DNA of 27,276 nt from Candidatus Diapherotrites archaeon CG08_land_8_20_14_0_20_30_16 (lineage in GTDB: Archaea > Iainarchaeota > Iainarchaeia > Iainarchaeales > 0-14-0-20-30-16): assembly GCA_002779075.1 (NCBI GenBank), contig PEXK01000029.1, positions 1 through 27,276 on the forward strand, given 5' to 3'. The notes under the pieces are model-generated. The model searched no databases and was not told the origin of the DNA. It was given only the letters and a program-made list of their open reading frames with translations. The translations under genes and the position numbers were made by a program. Of the stretch, positions 21,437 through 27,276 are shown piece by piece (within the stretch, counting starts at the first letter, position 1; every line of letters begins with the position of its first letter).

Positions 21437-22621
21437 ATGTTTGATATAATCAAGTTTTTTGATAGCAGAGGGACACCAACAATTTGTGCTTACACAAAGT
21501 GCAAATCAGATATCATAACTAGTGTTGCACCTGCAGGAAAAAGCACAGGGTCACATGAAGTATTGACATATCCTATAATAAAAGGCATCCCAAATATAGG
21601 GCAGAGTTTTAAATTTTTCAAGCAAAATAAAAAATCAATTGAGCAGGCATTTGCTTTTGAAGAGCAAGAAGAATTTGATTCTTTTTTGGAAGAATTAGAT
21701 GAGACCCCAAATTTTTCTGATATGGGTGGAAATTTAGCAATTGCTTTGTCAATGCTTTTCTTGAAGGTTAAAGCAAAAGAACAAAATAAACAAGTATTTG
21801 AATATTTAAATCCAAAACCAAAATTAAATGATTTGCCAAAACCTTTAGGAAATTGTTTTGGCGGTGGCCTCCACTCAAATAATAAGATTCCTGTTCAGGA
21901 ATTTTTAGTCTTGCACAATAAGAAACTAATAAGTGATAATGTTAAACTGAATATTGATGTTTACAAAGCAATTGAAAAGGATTTGCATAAAAGAAAAATA
22001 TTTTTTGGTAAAAATGATGAAGGCGCAATAACTGCAAATATTACATTTAATGATGCAATAAATTTAGTTGAAGATGCAATTGATAAATTAGGCGAAAAAT
22101 CAAAATATGGTTTAGATGTTGCAGCAAGCTCATTCTATGCTAAGGGTAAATATGAATTTGAAAATAAAAAATATTCTGAAAAAGAATTTATATCTTTTTG
22201 GAATGATTTTTTGAAAAAACACAAAGATGTAGTGTATGTTGAAGATCCGTTCTTTGAAGATTCTTTTGATGCGTTTGCAGAACTGCAAAAGAAAACAAAG
22301 GCATTGATTTGCGGTGATGATTTGTATACTACAAATAAAGACAGATTTACTATAGGGGTAAAAAAGAAATCAACAAAAGCAATTTTGATAAAACCAAATC
22401 AAATTGGAACATTATCAAGAATGTATGAAACAGTTAAATTAGCACAAAAGAACGATATCGATTGTGTTATATCACACAGATCTGGAGAAACAAGTGATAA
22501 TACAATTGCACATTTAGCAGTAGGATTAAAAGGAATAAAATATATCAAAACAGGAACAATCTCTGGCGAGAGATTAGCAAAGTTAAATGAGCTTATATTG
22601 ATAGAGAAACTTATAAGCTAA
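21437..22621 (+). CDS. eno: Enolase (divergent, about 394 aa)
   Basis: DSRGTPT, AGKSTGSHE, VQEFLVL, DVAASSFY, VEDPFFEDSF, GDDLYTTN, LIKPNQIGT, SHRSGETSDNTIAHLAVGL and IKTG...ERLAKLNELILIE line up with enolase catalytic and metal-binding motifs. Canonical rpoN-eno-rps2 slot. Confidence 0.9.
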   Translation: MFDIIKFFDSRGTPTICAYTKCKSDIITSVAPAGKSTGSHEVLTYPIIKGIPNIGQSFKFFKQNKKSIEQAFAFEEQEEFDSFLEELDETPNFSDMGGNLAIALSMLFLKVKAKEQNKQVFEYLNPKPKLNDLPKPLGNCFGGGLHSNNKIPVQEFLVLHNKKLISDNVKLNIDVYKAIEKDLHKRKIFFGKNDEGAITANITFNDAINLVEDAIDKLGEKSKYGLDVAASSFYAKGKYEFENKKYSEKEFISFWNDFLKKHKDVVYVEDPFFEDSFDAFAELQKKTKALICGDDLYTTNKDRFTIGVKKKSTKAILIKPNQIGTLSRMYETVKLAQKNDIDCVISHRSGETSDNTIAHLAVGLKGIKYIKTGTISGERLAKLNELILIEKLIS

Positions 22622-22632
22622 TTTAACATATA

Positions 22633-22667
22633 CCTCAGAAGCTCTCCTATTCGGAGCCATTCCGAGG
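22633..22667 (+). terminator. Hairpin downstream of eno (unit 1)
   Basis: CCTC.GAA.GCTC...GAGC.TTC.GAGG, an imperfect stem-loop 12 nt after the eno stop. Confidence 0.45.
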
Positions 22668-22718
22668 CTAAACTAAATGAGCTTATATTAATTGAAAGTT
22701 TACTTAAGTAAACATATA

Positions 22719-22752
22719 TCTTGAAAGATCATCTTAGGATGTCATTCCAAGA
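22719..22752 (+). terminator. Hairpin downstream of eno (unit 2, paralog)
   Basis: TCTTG.AA..CATC-TTAG-GATG..TT.CAAGA. The outer stem differs from unit 1 by paired C-to-T and G-to-A changes. Confidence 0.45.
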
Positions 22753-22797
22753 CAAAAATTGATAAAATGATGTAGAAAAATAGAGAGAGGTATTTTT

Positions 22798-23466
22798 ATG
22801 AGTAAAGAATTGTTGGTGACTCCAGAAGAATATTTGAAATCAGGTATTCATATTGGTACAAGATATAAAACAAAAGGAATGAGAAAATTTATTTTCAAAC
22901 TAAGAAAAGATGGTTTGAAAGTGTTTTCTATTGAAACAATAGATGATAGAGTTAGATATCTTGCAAAATTTCTTGCAAATTATGATGCTGATAAAATTGC
23001 GGTTGTTGGAAGAAGGATTTTTGCACAAACTGCAGTAGAACATTTTTGTAAAATAATAAGTGCCAAGCCTTATATTGGGCGGTTTATTCCAGGAAAATTT
23101 ACAAATCCAAAGATTAAAGGTTTTTTTGAGCCACAGTTGATTTTTGTTATTGAATCTAACTTAGATAAACAAGTAATATGCGAGGCACAAAAAATTAATG
23201 TTCCTGTTGTTTCTTTGAGCAGTGCAAATAATAGTTTAACAAATATAGATTTTACTTTACCATGTAACAACAAAGGCAAAAAAAGTTTAGCATTGATATT
23301 CTGGCTTTTGACAAGAGAATATCAATTTGCAAAAGGAATAATAAAATCCAGAGATGATTTCAAACATAAAGCAGAAGAATTTGAATTTAGCGGTAAAGAA
23401 AAAATAATCAAAAAGGAAGAGGACCGAAGAGGTAGAAGACCATTCAGAGGCCGTAGAAAATATTAA
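22798..23466 (+). CDS. rps2: 30S ribosomal protein uS2
   Basis: EEYLKSGIHIGTRYKTKGMRKFIFKLRKDGLKVFSIE and IGRFIPGKFTNP are archaeal S2-like. Confidence 0.93.
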   Translation: MSKELLVTPEEYLKSGIHIGTRYKTKGMRKFIFKLRKDGLKVFSIETIDDRVRYLAKFLANYDADKIAVVGRRIFAQTAVEHFCKIISAKPYIGRFIPGKFTNPKIKGFFEPQLIFVIESNLDKQVICEAQKINVPVVSLSSANNSLTNIDFTLPCNNKGKKSLALIFWLLTREYQFAKGIIKSRDDFKHKAEEFEFSGKEKIIKKEEDRRGRRPFRGRRKY

Positions 23467-23471
23467 CTCTG

Positions 23472-23505
23472 CACATTAGACAGGACCATTTTATGTGTTA
23501 ATTTT
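23472..23505 (+). repeat. Family B intergenic repeat, copy d (forward)
   Basis: CACATTAGACAGGACCATTTTATGTGTTAATTTT begins 6 nt after the rps2 stop. Its 3' part (TTTATGTGTTAAWWTT) matches copy e. Confidence 0.6.
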
Positions 23506-23582
23506 ACACATTGATAGTGTATTGGAATTTTAATTTATATGTTGATTTTATGTCTTGATTGTGTATTGTAAAAGGGTTGAAG

Positions 23583-26441
23583 ATGTTAAATTATAATTTA
23601 AAAGAAGAGCAAGCAGTTATAGATTTTTGGACAAAAGAAAATCTAAGACAAAAATATCTGACAAAAAACAAACTATCCAAAAAAAGATTCTACTTTATGG
23701 ATGGCCCGCCATATGCAACAGGCAGTATTCATTTAGGAACTGCTTTAAATAAAATTTTAAAAGATGTTGCAATTCGTTATAAAGTCATGAGAGGTTATGA
23801 TATCTTTGCAAAAGCAGGTTATGATACTCATGGCGTACCAATTGAAAGTAAAGTTCAAAAAGCTCTAGACTTAAAAACTAAAGACGATATTGAAAGATTT
23901 GGTGTTTCTAATTTTATTAAAAAATGCATTGAGTTTGCAACTGAACACATAGATGATATGAACAAAGAGTTTTTGAATTTAGGATCATGGATGGATTATG
24001 AAAATGCGTATATTACTTTGAATCCAACATATATTGAAGCTCTTTGGCAGGCATTCAAAAAAGCTCATGAAAAAGATTTGTTGTTTAAGGGTGTGTATCC
24101 TGTACATTTTTGCCCTCAATGCGAAACTGCATTATCATTTAATGAAATCGAACATGCTAATTTAGAAGATACATCAATATATTTAAAATATAAAACTAGA
24201 GACAATAGATATTTGTTGATCTGGACAACTACTCCTTGGACTTTGCCTTCAAATGTTGGTGTTATGGCTCACCCTAATGAAGAATATGTTGATGTTCAGG
24301 TTGGAAATGAAATTTGGATTCTGGCAAAACCCCTATTGGAAAATGTTATGACAAAATTAGAAGCAGGCTATAGAATATTGAAAGAGTATAGAGGCAAGGA
24401 TTTGTTAGGTCTTAAATATGAAAATCCATTAGTACCTTTATTAAACATCCCAAAATTAAGCAATGCATTTAGGGTTGTTTTGTCAGATAGATATGTTACA
24501 ATGGACACAGGTACTGGCTTGGTGCATTGTGGTTCTGCACATGGTAAAGAAGATTTTGAAGTTGCTAAACAAACTGGTTTGCCAATTTATACTTGCTTAA
24601 ATGAAAAGGGCGTGTTTGGGAAAGAGGCAGGAAAATATAATGGAATGAGTGCAAGAGATTCAAATAAAATAATAATAGATGATCTGAAGAATTTAGGTTT
24701 TTTATTGTTTGAAGAAAAAGTATTACATGAATATCCTGTTTGCTGGAGATGTGATTTCCCTTTATTGCAAGTAGCAATGCCTCAATGGTTTTTACGGATT
24801 ACAGCAATTAGAGATCAGCTTTTAAAAAATAATGAAAGTGTTAATTGGCCCCAGCAGTTTGCCGCTTCAAGATTCAAAGATTGGTTGTCTAATTTAAGTG
24901 ATTGGCCAGTTTCAAGGCAAAGATATTGGGGAACACCATTGCCAATTTGGGTTTGTGATAAATGTGGTGTTTATGATGTTTTGGGCACATTTGATGAATT
25001 AGAATCAAAAACAGGCAAGAAAATTGAAAGAACAGTTTTAGGTGTGCATAAACCCGAAATCGACAAATATACTTATGCCTGCAAATGCAGGGGAACAAAA
25101 AGAAGAGTTCCTGATGTTTTGGATGTCTGGTTTGATTCTGGTGCAAGCTCATGGGGTGCATTGAATTATCCCCACGAAAAAGACTTGTTTGAGAAATTCT
25201 GGCCACCTGATTTAAATATTGAAGGGCCAGATCAATTCAGAGGCTGGTGGAATTCTCAAATGATTTTATCAACAATTTGTTTTGGTGAAGCACCTTTTAA
25301 AGCTGTTTTAGTACATGGAATGGTTTTAGATATTAATAAAAGAGAAATGCATAAATCTCAGGGTAACGCATTGAGTCCTAATGAGATAATAGAAAAATAT
25401 AGTAGAGATAATCTCAGGTATTACATGATAAAAAATGGCACTGGCGATGATTTTGCATTTGGTCTAGACTTACTGAAAGACTCCACAAAATTTTTCAATA
25501 TCCTGACTAATGTGGGGGCATATATGGAAACATATTTGAATGTTAATTTAGATACATTATCAAAAGAGCTTTCACCAAATTTAAAGTCAGAGGATTTATG
25601 GTTGATCTCTCGTTATAATTCCTTAAAAAAAGAAGTTCTCAATTATTACGATAATTATCTTTTTTACAAACTTGCCCCTATGCTAGAACAGTTTTTGGTA
25701 GAGGATTTCAGTAGAAAATATATGAAATTAGTAAAATCCAGGGAGGATAAAACAAATTTATCTTTGATTTTTGGTTATGTTTTTGGCGGCACATTAAAAC
25801 TAATGGCACCTGCTTTGCCACATTTAACAGAATATATCTACAAAAACTTCAACTTTAAAAGCATACATTTGACAAGCATAACTGATTGTGACAAAGATTT
25901 AATTAATTTAGAGTTGGAAAAAGAAATGGATTTGGTTTCAGATATTTTGCAATTGGGCCTTGGTTTGAGAGAACAGCAAAAACTTCGTTTGCGCTGGACT
26001 TTGCCTAAATTATTTGTGCTCTTTAAAAAATCAGATGTTAAAGTGAATAAATTAGAACCAACATTAAAATCTCTTTTGAATGTAGAAAATATAGAATTTG
26101 TAGATAAAGCAAAGGCGGATAAGGCAAAAAAACTTCCTTTTGCAGAAAATGACTTCATAAAAATATTTGTAGATACTAAATTCACTTCACAAACTAAGGA
26201 CCGATGGTTTGTTAGTGAGTTGCGCAGATACATTCAGGATGAAAGAAAGAAATTAAAGTTTACTCCGCAGGACAAAAAGAATCTATCAATTTCTGCAGAC
26301 AAACCCGCAATGAAGATCTTGAAGGATTGCCAAAAAGAATTTGAAAATGAAACAAATACAAAATTAGCTCTATATGAATTAAAAGACAATACTAATTCTA
26401 TTGAAATATTAGAACACAAAGTAAAATTCAACTTTTCTTAA
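23583..26441 (+). CDS. ileS: Isoleucyl-tRNA synthetase (952 aa)
   Basis: PPYATGSIHLGTALNKILKD (IleRS-type HIGH region), editing-domain motif TTTPWTLPSN, Cys clusters CPQCETAL / CWRCDFPL / VCDKCG, and a KMSKS-equivalent EMHKS. ATG 23583 is preferred over TTG 23559. Confidence 0.88.
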   Translation: MLNYNLKEEQAVIDFWTKENLRQKYLTKNKLSKKRFYFMDGPPYATGSIHLGTALNKILKDVAIRYKVMRGYDIFAKAGYDTHGVPIESKVQKALDLKTKDDIERFGVSNFIKKCIEFATEHIDDMNKEFLNLGSWMDYENAYITLNPTYIEALWQAFKKAHEKDLLFKGVYPVHFCPQCETALSFNEIEHANLEDTSIYLKYKTRDNRYLLIWTTTPWTLPSNVGVMAHPNEEYVDVQVGNEIWILAKPLLENVMTKLEAGYRILKEYRGKDLLGLKYENPLVPLLNIPKLSNAFRVVLSDRYVTMDTGTGLVHCGSAHGKEDFEVAKQTGLPIYTCLNEKGVFGKEAGKYNGMSARDSNKIIIDDLKNLGFLLFEEKVLHEYPVCWRCDFPLLQVAMPQWFLRITAIRDQLLKNNESVNWPQQFAASRFKDWLSNLSDWPVSRQRYWGTPLPIWVCDKCGVYDVLGTFDELESKTGKKIERTVLGVHKPEIDKYTYACKCRGTKRRVPDVLDVWFDSGASSWGALNYPHEKDLFEKFWPPDLNIEGPDQFRGWWNSQMILSTICFGEAPFKAVLVHGMVLDINKREMHKSQGNALSPNEIIEKYSRDNLRYYMIKNGTGDDFAFGLDLLKDSTKFFNILTNVGAYMETYLNVNLDTLSKELSPNLKSEDLWLISRYNSLKKEVLNYYDNYLFYKLAPMLEQFLVEDFSRKYMKLVKSREDKTNLSLIFGYVFGGTLKLMAPALPHLTEYIYKNFNFKSIHLTSITDCDKDLINLELEKEMDLVSDILQLGLGLREQQKLRLRWTLPKLFVLFKKSDVKVNKLEPTLKSLLNVENIEFVDKAKADKAKKLPFAENDFIKIFVDTKFTSQTKDRWFVSELRRYIQDERKKLKFTPQDKKNLSISADKPAMKILKDCQKEFENETNTKLALYELKDNTNSIEILEHKVKFNFS

Positions 26442-26494
26442 TTTCAACTAGCAAATATTTATAAACTTTTTTATGTTATTATATAAATTTTTAA

Positions 26495-26523
26495 TTTGTC
26501 AGTAGGGTTAGACCTTTGACAAA
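26495..26523 (+). other. Inverted repeat in the ileS-downstream spacer
   Basis: TTTGTCA(26495-501)/TGACAAA(26517-23) with an inner AGG/CCT, enclosing GGTTAGACC. Preceded by T-runs at 26468-73 and 26488-92. Confidence 0.35.
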
Positions 26524-26568
26524 ATTCACAGATATACATAAAATAAAATATCTTTTGGAGGGTATTAC

Positions 26569-27276
26569 ATGTATTTAAATAGAATTTTAGTAGTTTTTTT
26601 AGCAACTTTCGTTTTCTTCGGCTTTGCTTTTGCAGGCGTAGACTTAAGTGCAGGAAATATTGATTTTAATGATGCTACTGTTTTGTATGGGACAGAAACA
26701 GTTCAAATTACTGCAAATTATTCTAATATTTCTATAGATACAAATGCGGAGGGCTACAATGTCTATTTTTACATTAATAGTAATCTCGATTCAAATGTAC
26801 AGCATGATGAAAATCTGAATGCTGGCGATTCTAATACTCAAGATTATAATTGGACTGCTGACGAGATAGGAGATATAAATGTTTACATTTGTTTAGAAGC
26901 TCACGCGTTAGATGATAATGCAAATAATGATTGTAATCAAACAACCCTTCATGTTTATTCTGTTGATTTTAATGCAATTATATTATACACTTCAAATGAT
27001 TTGCCAGAATTAGGTGATTTCTATTTTGAATATCAAGCTCCTGTAACAATTGATTTTAATTTTGCAAACAATGGAGATTATAATGGTGATAATAATGCAG
27101 AGACTAGATTATATAAGGGTGCTACCTTTGATATGAGAAATACAACTTTTGAAAATTTATTTGTAGGTAATGTGGTTACTGCTTCTTTTGATAATTTGCT
27201 TCTTGATTGGGGAACTTATGATTTGAATGCAATTATTTGTTATGGAACTTGTGATGTGCCTGCAACTGATGTTAAT
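26569..27276 (+). CDS. Secreted or cell-surface protein, N-terminal 236 aa (CDS runs off the window), CARDB-like repeats
   Basis: Absent from the ORF track because it has no stop in the window. SD GGAGGGT is 6 nt upstream. Signal peptide MYLNRILVVFLATFVFFGFAFAG. Asn/Asp-rich beta-type modules (VDLSAGNIDFNDATVLYGTETVQITANYSN... and VDFNAIILYTSNDLPELGDFYFEYQAPVTIDFNFANNG) resemble CARDB-type adhesin domains. Confidence 0.7.
   Translation, partial: MYLNRILVVFLATFVFFGFAFAGVDLSAGNIDFNDATVLYGTETVQITANYSNISIDTNAEGYNVYFYINSNLDSNVQHDENLNAGDSNTQDYNWTADEIGDINVYICLEAHALDDNANNDCNQTTLHVYSVDFNAIILYTSNDLPELGDFYFEYQAPVTIDFNFANNGDYNGDNNAETRLYKGATFDMRNTTFENLFVGNVVTASFDNLLLDWGTYDLNAIICYGTCDVPATDVN

Larger units (their letters stand above)
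22578..22753 (+). repeat. Tandem duplication (about 90 nt plus 85 nt) of the enolase 3' end with its downstream hairpin
   Basis: Unit 1 is 22578-22668 and unit 2 is 22669-22753. AAATGAGCTTATATTGATAGAGAAACTTATAAGCTAA versus AAATGAGCTTATATTAATTGAAAGTTTACTTAAGTAA. Both are followed by ACATATA and a hairpin ending CATTCCGAGG or CATTCCAAGA. Confidence 0.8.

Noticed and set aside
3374-23505. Family A or family B repeats as a CRISPR array.
   Set aside because: The copies are kilobases apart, interleaved with essential genes, in both orientations and not identical. There is no regular repeat-spacer periodicity.

Overview
This window is an AT-rich archaeal ribosomal-protein supercluster, with every gene on the + strand. 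The archaeal assignment rests on eL/eS proteins, RpoD/RpoN, aSUI1 and Rpp29. A reduced DPANN-like genome is my inference, not a demonstrated fact. Gene order: rpl3-rpl4-rpl23-rpl2-rps19-rpl22-rps3-rpl29-sui1-rnp1-rps17-rpl14-rpl24-rps4e-rpl5-rps14-rps8-rpl6-rpl32e-rpl19e-rpl18-rps5-rpl30-rpl15-secY-DUF106-rpl34e-cmk-like-rpl14e-rps13-rps4-rps11-rpoD-tRNA-Leu(UAA, intron)-rpl18e-rpl13-rps9-rpoN-eno-rps2-ileS. Fragments of two unrelated, probably secreted, protein genes sit at the two window edges. The coding content is conventional. The unusual content is non-coding. (1) Family A is four covarying intergenic hairpins, each bracketed by a direct repeat of the downstream gene's Shine-Dalgarno plus ATG. 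(2) Family B is a roughly 35-38 nt repeat with at least 10 copies in both orientations. Forward copies abut or contain stop codons, and one inverted pair forms a 33-bp long-range helix enclosing the whole rps19 cistron. (3) Twin paralogous hairpins and other structured spacer flank an intron-containing tRNA-Leu. (4) The enolase 3' end and its downstream hairpin are tandemly duplicated. Protein-level oddities are a Cmk homolog without a P-loop, no adk or rpoK, long Lys/Glu-rich tails on many r-proteins, and non-canonical HIGH/KMSKS motifs in IleRS. Many ORF-track starts (MIFM...) are artefacts of a GTG inside the SD and were moved to the downstream ATG. All calls come from reading the sequence; no database search was run.
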